Shown here: in pieces, positions 19,772 to 31,127 of the stretch
Numbering within the stretch: the stretch's first letter is position 1
Layout of the letters: the number at the start of each line of letters is the position of its first letter
Source of the DNA: Promethearchaeota archaeon
GTDB lineage: Archaea > Asgardarchaeota > Lokiarchaeia > Sigyniarchaeales > SOKP01
Direction: 5' to 3'
Length of the DNA stretch: 64,000 nt
NCBI GenBank assembly: GCA_048937405.1
Contig: JBHLNF010000012.1
Span: 1-64,000 of the forward strand
Made by a program: the position numbers and the translations under genes
The notes under the pieces: generated by a model
Told to the model about the DNA's origin: nothing
What the model saw: only the letters and a program-made list of their open reading frames with translations
Databases searched by the model: none

Positions 19772-20147
19772 TATTATAATAATATATTGATAATAGCTAT
19801 AAGATTTTTAGAATTCTATTCATTCTGTTTTATTATTGTTAAATTTCCAACTTTATTGTTTCTTTAAAAAATAGGTATATTATTACAGTTTTATAGATTG
19901 AAATTAGTTAATAAAATATGATTTACAATTATATTTATTAAGAAACCTGGTTTATAGAATTCTTAATGAGTGTATAACTCTATTTAATAATAAGGATTTA
20001 TTAAAAATGGAAATCCTAAAAGTACCAGAGAGAACCTTCTCAGAGTAAATGTTTATTTCTAATGCATTAAATAAAGAATTAATTATCTTGACTTAAAAAG
20101 GAAATTTTAAGAGTTATAGACTTGTAAATCAAAGAAATTAATTTGAT

Positions 20148-20858
20148 ATGAAAACTGAGATCATTAGCGGACTAATCGGAGAAGATCATCCCAGCGTTAA
20201 AGAAGTACTAAAAATAGCAGAGGAAATTATGAGTAAGAACAAGGTATTAAACATTCAAAATCTTTATAATATAGCAAAAAAAAGATTAAAAATACCTCGA
20301 ACTGGGCTTTTATCTATAATTCGATTTTTAATAAATAGAAAGATTTTAATAGAAGGGTCAAAATTTTCCAAAGAAACTGTTCTTTCAAATCATATTCGTA
20401 ATAATGTTTTAAAATATATAAAAGCAAATCCGGGAGTTCATTTTTCAAATTTAAGGAGAAGAGCTCTATCAGAGGATATAGGAAGCTCCGGGCAATTATT
20501 ATGGCATTTAGAAATGCTTCTAAAATTTAATTACATTAAAAAAATTAAAGTTGGAAATTATACAGTTTTTCTTCCAGCTGCTCTAGATAAAGAAATGGGG
20601 AAAATCCTTTTTTTCATTAGGGATAGGATTAATAATAAGATAATATTCCTATTAGTTGAAGAAGATGCTGTAAAAAAATCAGAAATCGTTAAGAAAATAA
20701 ATGAAAAGAGAGAAGATGTTTATTATCGCTTAAATATTTTATTAAGAAATGAACTTCTTATTGAAACTCCAGATAAAGATATAACTATAAATCCTAAGAG
20801 AAAAGAACTTATTTTAGATATACTAAAAGACTTAAATTTATTTATTAAAAAAAAATAA
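20148..20858 (+). CDS. Multi-winged-helix DNA-binding protein / transcription regulator
   Basis: 'YIKANPGVHFSNL...GQLLWHLEMLLKFNYI' and a second wHTH 'KSEIVKKI...VYYRLNIL'. Confidence 0.75.
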   Translation: MKTEIISGLIGEDHPSVKEVLKIAEEIMSKNKVLNIQNLYNIAKKRLKIPRTGLLSIIRFLINRKILIEGSKFSKETVLSNHIRNNVLKYIKANPGVHFSNLRRRALSEDIGSSGQLLWHLEMLLKFNYIKKIKVGNYTVFLPAALDKEMGKILFFIRDRINNKIIFLLVEEDAVKKSEIVKKINEKREDVYYRLNILLRNELLIETPDKDITINPKRKELILDILKDLNLFIKKK

Positions 20859-20883
20859 TGTTTAAATAAGAAAGAGGTGAAAA

Positions 20884-22200
20884 ATGGTAGTAAATTGGAC
20901 TCCTGAGGGTATATCAGATTTTTTTATGGGTATAGTACTTTTAATAGCTACATTATTAATATATTTTGCACCTAAAAAGAGAAAAATTAACTCTCTTTCT
21001 TTTATCAGAATCGGTGTGATCTTGTTAGCAGTTGGCATGTTGCTTCATGGTTTCTCTCTACTCTATCTCAGCCATTTTCTATCAAGACTCTGTGCTTTTT
21101 TTTGGGTCTTTGGATTTGGATTTTGGATCATAGGATTAAATTTAATAGTAAATGATTCTTATAATTCAATTTTCTTATTTATATATGGCTGTATAGGTGC
21201 AATTATCTGCTATTTAGCATTTCAACCTAATGTAACCGGAATAAAAATTGAGATGGGGTATACAATTGTGAGATGGAGGGGTATGCTTAACGTTTTAGGT
21301 GATTTGATTCAGGGAATAGGAGCTTTAATCATTATATATTGGGGGAGTAAAACCTGGCGTAATACGCCTTTTTTTATTAAGAAAGATTCATTAATATATT
21401 TAACAGGAATTATCTTAATGGGTCCTATAACAATCATTGTCTACTTTTTTTATTATTTTGATGCTGTATTTATTATATGGACAAATATCTTTTTTTCCAT
21501 TGGAGTATTGATTTTTAACATAGCCATAGTAAAAGAGCCAAAATTACTTTATATATTACCGTTTACTGTCTATAGAATTATTATAAAAGATAGAGAAGGT
21601 GCACCTCTTTATGACTATGATTGGTCTGAATCAAATATCAATGAAAATATATTCACGGGATTTTTAAATGCGGTGCAACTCATGAGTGAAGAGGTAATGA
21701 ATATTGGAGGGATTTTAGATATAAGTTTAGAGAATGGTATTCTAATAGTGTATGAATCAAAATATATTACCGTTGGTTTAGTTTCTTCCAAATCCTCCAA
21801 ATTATTACGCGATACTGTTATTGAATTTACTCAAGATTTTGAGCGTAAATTTGAATGGGAATTAAAGAAATTTGAAAAAGATATGAAGCAATATTTAGGA
21901 GCATTTGAACTCATTAAAAAGCACTTTTCCACTTTTCCTAGTAAAATAATTAAAAGCAAAAAACAACCTCTCCTATTGACAGGCAAATATCAGAGAATTC
22001 CCCTAGAATTAGATAATAAACTTAGAAGCATGTTTACAAATGAGAAAGAATATGAGGCTATAAAAACAGAATTAATCAAATCTCCTCTTTCTATACCTTC
22101 TAATTTTATAAAATCTTATGATGAAATGCAAAAAGAACTGCAGCAGATCTCTAAAGATGAGATGAAATATTTAGATTTGGATTCTGATTTAGATGAATGA
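20884..22200 (+). CDS. 7-TM membrane protein with cytoplasmic longin-like domain
   Basis: Seven hydrophobic segments (aa ~10-216), then 'RIIIKDREGAPLYDY...IFTGFLNAVQLMSEEV'. GAGGTGA SD upstream. Confidence 0.65.
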   Translation: MVVNWTPEGISDFFMGIVLLIATLLIYFAPKKRKINSLSFIRIGVILLAVGMLLHGFSLLYLSHFLSRLCAFFWVFGFGFWIIGLNLIVNDSYNSIFLFIYGCIGAIICYLAFQPNVTGIKIEMGYTIVRWRGMLNVLGDLIQGIGALIIIYWGSKTWRNTPFFIKKDSLIYLTGIILMGPITIIVYFFYYFDAVFIIWTNIFFSIGVLIFNIAIVKEPKLLYILPFTVYRIIIKDREGAPLYDYDWSESNINENIFTGFLNAVQLMSEEVMNIGGILDISLENGILIVYESKYITVGLVSSKSSKLLRDTVIEFTQDFERKFEWELKKFEKDMKQYLGAFELIKKHFSTFPSKIIKSKKQPLLLTGKYQRIPLELDNKLRSMFTNEKEYEAIKTELIKSPLSIPSNFIKSYDEMQKELQQISKDEMKYLDLDSDLDE

Positions 22201-22677
22201 AGCATCTTCTTAATAAAAATGTTTATATCTTACCTAATTCAATTTTTTTTTAATTAGGAACATTTCCATACGTGTTGAAAATTGGTCCTAATACCTTTAA
22301 ATACAGCAAAAGATAAAACATATAATGTAGTTCACTTTATATATCCTCGGGAGAATAGAGTGGACCCTAATTTATTAGAAATTATAAGATATTATTGGGT
22401 AGCTCTTTTTAAAATATTCCCATTTGGAATAAGGTTATATTTATCCCACTTTTTTTAAGATATAAGGAAATACTATAGGTTAAATCTTAAATAAATTTCA
22501 AATTTCTATTGCTTTTCTCAAAGCAATTCAATTTGTAAAAATTTGGTCTTTATAGATTTATATATACTTCAAATTTTTCTAGATATAGCTTTTAAATTCA
22601 TTAAAGCGAAATTTGATGAAAAAAATAAAAAATAATACATTATTGATGTTTTTTAAAAAATTTTTGGTGAAATCAAC

Positions 22678-25600
22678 ATGAGAAATTCAATAAAAAATAC
22701 AATAGTTTTATTTATTTTGGGATTTATTTTTGGATGTTTAATTCTAACTAACTCTAATTTTAAGATTTGTCAAGAAATGAATTTTAGAAATCTGGAAGGC
22801 GATACTATTGATAATAAATCTCATGAAAATGAACTTTTAAAATCTAGTAATGGAGAAATTAACCTTATCACCCCTGAAGATAAAGTTTATTATAAACCAA
22901 TGAGCGGATATTATCCTGGGACTAATAGCTTCGATCATGATGAAGTTGGTACTGAACCGACTTGGTTTCAAAAAGTCGGAACTGAGGGTGGAACTGCACA
23001 AGTTATTGATGCGCTTGATGGACATAAAACAGTCTTGGAACTTCATGATACTGATGAAACTAATAACACCTATGTCAGAAAAGATCTCTTCTCTAATCCC
23101 CAAAGTGGTACAGTTGAATTTTGGATGAGAACTGATAACATTTCTAAGGCGTGTGGTTTTTTTTTAGTGGGGGGAATATTTGACCCAACAATAATAGTAT
23201 TAGTGCGAACTTGGTCCGATTCTATTCAATTCTGGAATGGATCAGATTGGAAATACATTGCACTCATCCAAAATGATGAATGGTTTCATGTAAGGATTGA
23301 TTTTGAATGTACTAGCGGAAACTACAGTGGTTTAGATCAATATACTAGCAGGATCTTTATAAATGGCGGTCAATCTCGACTCATTCCATTTAACTCTGAC
23401 AAACTTAATGTTGTAAGTACTGTATGGTTTAGTGATTTTTTAATGCCATTTTATGATCATTATTTATATATTGATGCAATAGCATTTTCTTGGATTGAAC
23501 GTTGTAATATTGCTGATAATATGAATGATGGATTATTGTTAAAATTTCAAGCACCATCTAACCTAACCTGGATAGGTTATTCACTAAATGGGCTGGATAA
23601 TATAACAATATTAGGTGAAACCGCAATTCCCAAGCCTGGAAATGGAAATCATTCAATTCAAGTATTTGGCAAGGATTCAGAAGAAACTGTTTACTTATCA
23701 GAATTAAGGATTTTTGAAGTAAACAACCCGACACTCGTATTGATTCCAGGGATTGGAGGTGATAGTAAAGATTTATTAGACGGAATTACTTCATTGAAGC
23801 TTGATTTGGATGATAATGGAATTAACGATTTTATTGATTATTATGGATCTCAAAATATAATCAATATAAGTTATTATAATAGAACTACACCCAGACCAGA
23901 GTTTGACGAAATAAAAAATGCAAGAAAAACTTCAATTAAAGTTATTGCAAATGCTGTCAAATCCTTTATAATAAATGAATTTAATGTAGGTAATATAAAA
24001 ACACATATCGACTTGCTATGCTGGTCATATGGAGGTTTAGTAACTCGAACTATGATAAAAGAACACTATAATGAGCTTGGAAAGACAGGAATTAATATAA
24101 TTCACGTAGGGATATATGGGACTCCAAATCATGGCACATGGGGTTCCAATCGTTGTATCTGGAATTGTATTAATAACGACACTATAGACGATCTGCCTTT
24201 AAATTGGGAAGAAAAAGCAGGTTATAATATGTATACCTTTGGAAAATTTCTAGTAAATCTTAATTCTGGTGATGAAACCCCTTTCAACATATATTATAAT
24301 ACGTATAGGGGTGTACTTAGCTATGACCCTGCCTATCGTGGTAAGCCTAAAAGTATAATGAATAACACTGAGGATTATGATATGGCATTAGTTAACCAAG
24401 CCTTTGATATTATTGGTGAATATTTTGATGGGTTGATTACAACAGAGTCAGTGAAATTATCAGGAGCCTTTAATAATAGACTTTATTGGGGTATTGGTCA
24501 TTCTGGTATTGTAAATTTCCCAGAAGTTCAAAAGGATATATTATGGGACCTAAAACATTATCCAGCAGTGGAAATTGATGTAAAATCCCCAATAAATCAA
24601 ACATATTATAAACCATCGGATGGTTATTATCCAGGAACTAATAGTTTCGATCATGATGAAGTTGGATGTCAACCGGCATGGTTTTTAGAAGTCGGAACAG
24701 ATGGTGGAACTGTACATACAATTGATGAGCTTGATGGGCATAAAACTGTTCTGGAACTACAAGATACAAATGAAACTCAAAATGTTCGTGCCATAAAAAA
24801 TATCCCTATGATTCCCTCTAAAGGTACTGTAGAATTTTGGATGAGAACTAACGACACTTCTAAAGCATGTGGCTTATATTTGAGCGGTGGAATTAGTTTC
24901 TCTACAATTATTTCAGTAGTAACTTGGCTCGATACTATTCGATATTGGAACGGATCAGAATACATAAATATTACAAACATCCAAAACAATGAATGGATAC
25001 ATGTAAGACTTGATTTTGAATGTACAATCGGAAATTATAATGGTCTAGATCAATATACTTGGTGTATATATATAAATGGTATACGATATGGAAATTTTCC
25101 CTTAATTGAAGAGGTAGATTTTATAAATAGAATTGTATGGTTAACCGATTGGTTTTTTGGATTTTCAAATTATTATTATTATATTGATGCTATAGGGTTC
25201 TCTTGGGATGATAATTATAACATTGGAGATAATATGAATGAAGGTTTTTTGCTAAGTTTTGATAAAAATTTTGAACATAATTGGATAAGTTACTCATTGA
25301 ACGGAGGGGATAACAATATAATATTAGGAAATAAAAGTATCCCCTTACCAGATGATGGAGTATATTCAATAAAATTATCCAGTGAAGAATGGTCGGGAGA
25401 AGTATACCAATCTGATATTAGGTATTTCTCGATAGATGCGAATGCTCCTGTGATTACTATTAATTCACCAAATCAAAATGATTTATTAGGTATATTACCT
25501 CCAGCTTTCGAATTATCAATTTTTGATTTAAGTTTAGCTAGTACATGGTACACTCTTGATGGTGGAATAACAAATATTACATTTTCTGGGTTGACATTAA

Positions 25601-26100
25601 CCATCAATGAGGTTGAATGGGAAAAAATAAGTAATGGAACTGTAGGTATAAGGTTTTTTGCCAATGATTCTTGGGGAATTGAAGGATTTACAGACATAAC
25701 ACTTAGAAAAGATGCTAATGTTCCAGATATTGTAATAAATTATCCACTTTATAATGAAGCATTTGGTCATTCTCCACCAAATTTTAACATTTCTATAGTT
25801 GAGGATGATTTAATTATCTCTAACTGGTATACAATCGAAGGGATTACAGGAAATTTTTACTTTACAGACTTCATAGGAACAATAAATGAAGATGCATGGG
25901 AAGATCTATCTGAGGGAGAAATAACTATAACTTTTTATACAGTAGATAGAGCAGGGAATGAGGGAATTGAAACCGTAGTTGTTATAAAATATTTTCCTTC
26001 AAAACAAGCAGTTTCAGGATACAATTTAATAATTTTCATTAGTATTTTATCCATTGTATCACTAATAATTGATGCGAAAATAAGGAAATATGTTAAATAA
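22678..26100 (+). CDS. Cell-surface multidomain protein: two LamG/Ig-like repeat units flanking an alpha/beta-hydrolase, Ig-like domains, Loki-CTERM-like anchor
   Basis: Signal peptide; duplicated GYYPGTNSFDHDEVG...GTVEFWMRT units; LIPGIGG, WSYGG, GTPNHGT, DGLI, GHS; C-terminal SGYN + TM + KIRK. Confidence 0.75.
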   Translation: MRNSIKNTIVLFILGFIFGCLILTNSNFKICQEMNFRNLEGDTIDNKSHENELLKSSNGEINLITPEDKVYYKPMSGYYPGTNSFDHDEVGTEPTWFQKVGTEGGTAQVIDALDGHKTVLELHDTDETNNTYVRKDLFSNPQSGTVEFWMRTDNISKACGFFLVGGIFDPTIIVLVRTWSDSIQFWNGSDWKYIALIQNDEWFHVRIDFECTSGNYSGLDQYTSRIFINGGQSRLIPFNSDKLNVVSTVWFSDFLMPFYDHYLYIDAIAFSWIERCNIADNMNDGLLLKFQAPSNLTWIGYSLNGLDNITILGETAIPKPGNGNHSIQVFGKDSEETVYLSELRIFEVNNPTLVLIPGIGGDSKDLLDGITSLKLDLDDNGINDFIDYYGSQNIINISYYNRTTPRPEFDEIKNARKTSIKVIANAVKSFIINEFNVGNIKTHIDLLCWSYGGLVTRTMIKEHYNELGKTGINIIHVGIYGTPNHGTWGSNRCIWNCINNDTIDDLPLNWEEKAGYNMYTFGKFLVNLNSGDETPFNIYYNTYRGVLSYDPAYRGKPKSIMNNTEDYDMALVNQAFDIIGEYFDGLITTESVKLSGAFNNRLYWGIGHSGIVNFPEVQKDILWDLKHYPAVEIDVKSPINQTYYKPSDGYYPGTNSFDHDEVGCQPAWFLEVGTDGGTVHTIDELDGHKTVLELQDTNETQNVRAIKNIPMIPSKGTVEFWMRTNDTSKACGLYLSGGISFSTIISVVTWLDTIRYWNGSEYINITNIQNNEWIHVRLDFECTIGNYNGLDQYTWCIYINGIRYGNFPLIEEVDFINRIVWLTDWFFGFSNYYYYIDAIGFSWDDNYNIGDNMNEGFLLSFDKNFEHNWISYSLNGGDNNIILGNKSIPLPDDGVYSIKLSSEEWSGEVYQSDIRYFSIDANAPVITINSPNQNDLLGILPPAFELSIFDLSLASTWYTLDGGITNITFSGLTLTINEVEWEKISNGTVGIRFFANDSWGIEGFTDITLRKDANVPDIVINYPLYNEAFGHSPPNFNISIVEDDLIISNWYTIEGITGNFYFTDFIGTINEDAWEDLSEGEITITFYTVDRAGNEGIETVVVIKYFPSKQAVSGYNLIIFISILSIVSLIIDAKIRKYVK

Positions 26101-26280
26101 ACCTATTTTTTTTCTTTAAACTTGATTTTTTTGAATTAAAGTTTATTTCAGAATTATTAGAGGGAATAAAGTTATCTCAACAGCTATATCCTCATATTCT
26201 TGAATTAATTAGCCTTTATTTTTCTCTTATAAAGAAACAGAATAGTTATTTTAAAAATATTAAATCTGAATTAAATTATA

Positions 26281-26859
26281 TTATTGCTTTTCTCTAAGAT
26301 AAAATCCTTTATCGATTAAATTCTTAGCGATCACTTTATTTGGGTGAACTTTTTGTATAAATTGATAATCAATTTTAGACTGTGCTAAAGCTAGGATTTC
26401 TTCATTTTTATTAAAGATCAAGAGAATATCATTCTGTTCAAAAGAATCAAGAATCGCAAGTATCATCTTTTTTAATAAATTATTTCCATATAGAATAGAT
26501 TTTTCTCCATTATTATTGACTTGAACTTTCTTAAAACCAGAAATTATTTTATTAAAATATAAAAATTCTGCTCCTTCTAAGCTTAGATAAAAATTACCTT
26601 TTTTAATAAAACCAAAATACAGACCTACTGAGATAATTTTATTATTATCTAAAGTTGTCAATAATTTTATTTGAGATTCGGGAATTAAATAGATATTTGG
26701 GAATTTATTTTTAGTTTTTAATTTATCTATTGAAATATATAAACGTGTTGTAAGATTTTCTATAATTTTAGAAAACTCTATAGAGATATTAGAATAATTA
26801 TTGATAATTATTTGTTTTTCAATTTCATTTATCCTTCGAAAATAGAGATTATCATTCAT
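26281..26859 (-). CDS. Nip7-like PUA-domain ribosome biogenesis protein
   Basis: SVGLYFGFIK, LSLEGA, EKSILYGN, DKGFYLR. Confidence 0.8.
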   Translation of the reverse strand: MNDNLYFRRINEIEKQIIINNYSNISIEFSKIIENLTTRLYISIDKLKTKNKFPNIYLIPESQIKLLTTLDNNKIISVGLYFGFIKKGNFYLSLEGAEFLYFNKIISGFKKVQVNNNGEKSILYGNNLLKKMILAILDSFEQNDILLIFNKNEEILALAQSKIDYQFIQKVHPNKVIAKNLIDKGFYLREKQ

Positions 26860-26989
26860 ATTACAATAGAATAAAAAGAATTAGAAATAAGAATTATTAT
26901 GAATATTAATCTATACTGATATTAAAAAATGATTCTCTTTAATTCTAAAAAAAAAAAGAAAACCTTAGATTCGAAAATATTAATCCAAC

Positions 26990-27835
26990 TTATTTTATTT
27001 TAAGTTTTTTAGATTCTTTTATATTTTGTTTTGTTAAATTAAAATGAGTAAGTTGGTTTTTTAAATCCTCTGCTAATGTCCCCAATTTCTGTGCTGTAAT
27101 TGATATCTCCTCGATTGAAGTAGATTGCTCCTCTGATGATGCACTTATCTCCTCAATAGAGGAAGATGTTCTAACAATTTTATCAACAATTTCTCTAATT
27201 TCAGAATCTGTATTTTGCACTGCTTTTTTTGATTCTTCAGCTAATTTTCTCACTTCATCTGCTACTACAGCAAATCCTCTTCCATGCTCACCAGCTCTTC
27301 CAGCTTCAATACTCGCATTAAGTGCCAATAAATTTGTTTGTTCTGAGATATTGGTTATGAGTTCCATTATATTTTGAATTTTATTTGAGGAATTTACAAC
27401 TTCTTGAGAATCTGAAGCAATTCCATTAGTTTTAGAGGTTATTTCTTCTGAAGCTGCATTTACTTCACTCACGCTTGCTGCCATTTCAGAAGCGATATTT
27501 GCTACTGTTATTGAAGTTTCAGAACTAGTGTTTAATAAATCCTTAATTGTATTCTCTTGACGTCGAATAACTCTAATAACATAAAAAAATGAATAGAAAA
27601 TTAATGAAACAGCAGGAGGGACCAAACATGCAATAATAATAATCTCACCATCAAAAGGATCTAGGGCGATTATCACAAATATCACCAACACCATAATGGA
27701 TGAAGTATTAATTGTAATTACTTTAAAAGATAAAGATTCTCTGTTTAATCTATACTTTCTCTGAAAGAAAATGAAAGCTAAGATAAAAACTACTATAACC
27801 ATTAAGAATTCATATACAAGTGGTAGTTTAGGCAT
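26990..27835 (-). CDS. Methyl-accepting chemotaxis-like protein (3 TM, short signalling hairpin)
   Basis: [36 protein letters not shown] hairpin tip. Confidence 0.9.
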   Translation of the reverse strand: MPKLPLVYEFLMVIVVFILAFIFFQRKYRLNRESLSFKVITINTSSIMVLVIFVIIALDPFDGEIIIIACLVPPAVSLIFYSFFYVIRVIRRQENTIKDLLNTSSETSITVANIASEMAASVSEVNAASEEITSKTNGIASDSQEVVNSSNKIQNIMELITNISEQTNLLALNASIEAGRAGEHGRGFAVVADEVRKLAEESKKAVQNTDSEIREIVDKIVRTSSSIEEISASSEEQSTSIEEISITAQKLGTLAEDLKNQLTHFNLTKQNIKESKKLKIK

Positions 27836-28111
27836 AAGTAATTATTGGAAATTGTTGTAATTATTATATTTTAATTTTTAAAAATAATATTAGAATTACT
27901 TTTTAAGGTTTTTTAAAAACAAATATTAACTACGTTTCACCTCAAAAAGATATTTATTTTTACTTAAAAGATATTTTAAAATGTCGTTTTTAGTTCATCA
28001 CTAATCAAAATAATTCATAACAATTAAATTAAAAAAATAACAAGAAAAGGATTTGTCAAGAATTATTACTCAACTTATTTATAATTTTTTGATTAAAATC
28101 TATTTTCTTTA

Positions 28112-29056
28112 CTAAGCTAACTGAAATTGAGTTAATTTATCTTTCAGATCTTCCGCCATATTACCCAGTTTCTGTGCAGTGGTTGAAATTTCCTCAATTG
28201 AACTGGTTTGTTGTTCTGCTGATGCGCTAATTCCTTCTATTGCAATTGAATTTTCTTGCACGGCTGACGTAGCACTCTCTATATTCTGAGTAATTGTTGA
28301 GATTAAATTAACTGTAGTTTTGAGACGTTCGCTAATATCTTGGATTTTTACTCCAGTGTTTCCAACAGCACTTTTAGATTCTTCAGCTAATTTTCTTACT
28401 TCATCAGCAACTACTGCAAATCCACGACCATGTTCCCCTGCTCTTCCCGCTTCGATACTTGCATTAAGTGCCAATAAATTGGTTTGCTCGGCAATCGAAG
28501 TGATAATATCCATTATGTCATTAATATCCTTGGAAGATTGCATAACCTCTTTCGCATAGTTATTAATTTCATTTGCCATACTATTTATTTCTACTAAGGA
28601 ATTTGCTTGAGACTGAGTATTAGAGGAAACTTGTTGTGTTGATGAGCTAATTTCTTCTGATGCTGCATTTACTTCACTCACGTTTGCTGCCATCTCCGTT
28701 GCTATATTCGCTACTATGATTGAAGTTTCAGAACTAGATTTTAGTAGATTATTAATTGTTTCCTGTTGATTCCTAATGACCTTGATAATATAATTGAATG
28801 TGAATAAAAGAAAAGAAAGGCAAGTAGGAATAATAATAAGTAATAAAATTATGTTATTATTAAAAACATCTACAGCAATCACTGCTATTAAAACGAACAA
28901 AGTAATAGAAAATATTATTAATGTCAACACTTTAAAAGCCAAATCATTTTTGCGTAATCTATATTTTCTCTGAAAGAAAAGAAAAGTTAAAACAAATGCA
29001 ATTACCATCATCGATAACTCAAACTCGATTGGAATTTGGAATGAGATTTGAAACAT
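28112..29056 (-). CDS. Methyl-accepting chemotaxis-like protein (3 TM), tandem paralogue
   Basis: Identical hairpin-tip motif; GGTGA SD. Confidence 0.9.
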   Translation of the reverse strand: MFQISFQIPIEFELSMMVIAFVLTFLFFQRKYRLRKNDLAFKVLTLIIFSITLFVLIAVIAVDVFNNNIILLLIIIPTCLSFLLFTFNYIIKVIRNQQETINNLLKSSSETSIIVANIATEMAANVSEVNAASEEISSSTQQVSSNTQSQANSLVEINSMANEINNYAKEVMQSSKDINDIMDIITSIAEQTNLLALNASIEAGRAGEHGRGFAVVADEVRKLAEESKSAVGNTGVKIQDISERLKTTVNLISTITQNIESATSAVQENSIAIEGISASAEQQTSSIEEISTTAQKLGNMAEDLKDKLTQFQLA

Positions 29057-29490
29057 TAATTAAATCACCCAACTTAATATTTGAAATGGAACTTTAATAA
29101 ATTTGAAGAAAAAAAAAAGAGAACATCTTAATAAATTTTTGTAAATCGAAAAAATAGTTTAAATGAAGTTTCAAGATTATTCAACACTTCAGTACCAAAA
29201 GATATAGGCTTTTAGAAATTTAATTATTTTTTATTTTAATAGAAGTTTATAAAGTAAACCTAAATTACGAAATCTCATTTTAAAATTAATATTGGTAATT
29301 CATAACAATTAAATTAAAAAAATATTATAATATTATAAGAGTAAATAAATCAAATTATATATTAGAATGACTTTTTATATTATTTAAAAGATCTCGTTAA
29401 AATAGGAATTCAGTTATTCTATTGGGAATAATCATTTTGAAGTTTGCAATATTAATATATAAAATTGTGAAAAATTAGTGATTTACAAAA

Positions 29491-30204
29491 ATGGGCATTC
29501 GTAAAATAGAAGATGAGATTGATTTAAAAGAGGCTATGAAAAAAAAGGCAACAGAGCTCAAAATGAAAGATATGCAAGCAAAAGCTTCTGTTGAGAAATT
29601 TACTAAAGATAAACTCAGAGAATTAGCTAAACAACATGGTGTTTTATTGGCCCTAACGCCTGAATTAAGAGAAGAAGTTAAAGAATTACAGAAAAAATAT
29701 AACATTCCATCATCTAAAATTGTTACAGAACAAATAACAGAACATGATGTATTAAAAAAATTCTCGAAAATTGATTATCAGAAATTAGGAATGTTAGCGT
29801 ATCAAAGAGTATTAATGAGTAAAGAGGAAACAGGGGGAATTATCCCTTTATCAGAAGTATTTGAATTAGTTAATACTGGTATTTTGAAAGGGAATATTGA
29901 AGTTAAAGATGTTGAGAAAGCATTAAAATCACTTAAAAAAACAAAAGTTATTGAAGATATTACCGAATTAGATACAGGAAGTATCATGGTTAGGTTTTTT
30001 CCAATTCAATATACTGGGGATGAGACGAAGGTTGTCAATCTAGCTAAAGAAAAGGGAGTTCTTACTTTGGAGGATGTATGTAGTAATTTGAATTGGTCTC
30101 AAGATAGGGCATTAAGAGCATTAGAATCACTCGAAAGTAGCGGAACCGCAAAATTTAGGGAAAATATTCTAACAGGGAAACAATGGTATTTTCCATCAAT
30201 ATAA
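29491..30204 (+). CDS. ESCRT-II Vps22/Vps36-like (EAP30 winged-helix) protein
   Basis: 'YQKLG...GGIIPLSEV', a second wHTH 'LNWSQDRALRALESLESSG...WYFPS', and position in the ESCRT cluster. Confidence 0.8.
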   Translation: MGIRKIEDEIDLKEAMKKKATELKMKDMQAKASVEKFTKDKLRELAKQHGVLLALTPELREEVKELQKKYNIPSSKIVTEQITEHDVLKKFSKIDYQKLGMLAYQRVLMSKEETGGIIPLSEVFELVNTGILKGNIEVKDVEKALKSLKKTKVIEDITELDTGSIMVRFFPIQYTGDETKVVNLAKEKGVLTLEDVCSNLNWSQDRALRALESLESSGTAKFRENILTGKQWYFPSI

Positions 30205-30215
30205 AAAGATATTTT

Positions 30216-31109
30216 TTATTCTAACCTAATTTTAAAAGCGATTTGTCCATTATCTAGTTTTAATACTTTTGCTTTACGGTTCTTGGCTAGGATCTTAAAA
30301 ATTTCTTCTAAATCTTCTAATGGAAGTGAACTAAAATCCTCTTGTTTTACTTCTCTCAATTCATATATCATAATGGGCTCGATCTTTCCATTTTCATATG
30401 CCCAATTATATATTTCATCTGACCATACTTCAAGTGTCTTCCAATAAACTCTTAGCTTATCCTTTTTTTTTGATAACCATTTAGCTTGATTTTGACTTAT
30501 TAATTCTTCAGCAATTTCTTTTATATATTGTTCACGTTTGGAGAAAGTTATGAATGGTTTATGAGTAATTATTTCTCTGGTATATATGATATGAAGAACG
30601 GCAAATCTAACATAATCGAAAAGAACTTTTGCCCATTCTACTTTCCAAGAGATATAATCATTTTTATTCTTATTCTTATCAGGCATTGTATACATAAATT
30701 TCTTTCTTTCTTCTTCCAGCCAAGGATATGCCTTTAATAAATTTTCATAAGCAGTTAATTTTTTTTCTAATAAACCCTTCTCTCCAAGAATTTCTTCCTC
30801 AAGAGTTTGTAATTCTGTTTCGACTTGCTCCGCATGTTTTTGATATACTTTTGTATCAATCTCACCCAATTTAGATGATAGTATATCTTCAAGTTTATCA
30901 AATTGATCTTCAATATAATTTAATTCAGTAGATTTAATGTCATCTTTTTTAATAATTTGTTTTTGAGTCGCCTCAAGTTCTAATTGTTCTTTTTCTTGTT
31001 TTAATTTTCTTAAACGGGTTAATTCTTTCCTTAATTCTTCTAATCCTTTTTCTGCTTTTTCCTTATCTACCTTAGGAATTTCCTTAGGCTTCTCTCTTTG
31101 TTTTTCCAT
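30216..31109 (-). CDS. ESCRT-II Vps25-like protein with N-terminal coiled coil
   Basis: 'VYWKTLEVWSDEIYNWAYENG...IYEL' is the Vps25 signature. The ATG at 31109 follows a GAGGAG SD. Confidence 0.82.
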   Translation of the reverse strand: MEKQREKPKEIPKVDKEKAEKGLEELRKELTRLRKLKQEKEQLELEATQKQIIKKDDIKSTELNYIEDQFDKLEDILSSKLGEIDTKVYQKHAEQVETELQTLEEEILGEKGLLEKKLTAYENLLKAYPWLEEERKKFMYTMPDKNKNKNDYISWKVEWAKVLFDYVRFAVLHIIYTREIITHKPFITFSKREQYIKEIAEELISQNQAKWLSKKKDKLRVYWKTLEVWSDEIYNWAYENGKIEPIMIYELREVKQEDFSSLPLEDLEEIFKILAKNRKAKVLKLDNGQIAFKIRLE

Positions 31110-31127
31110 TTTACTCCTCAATTTTTA

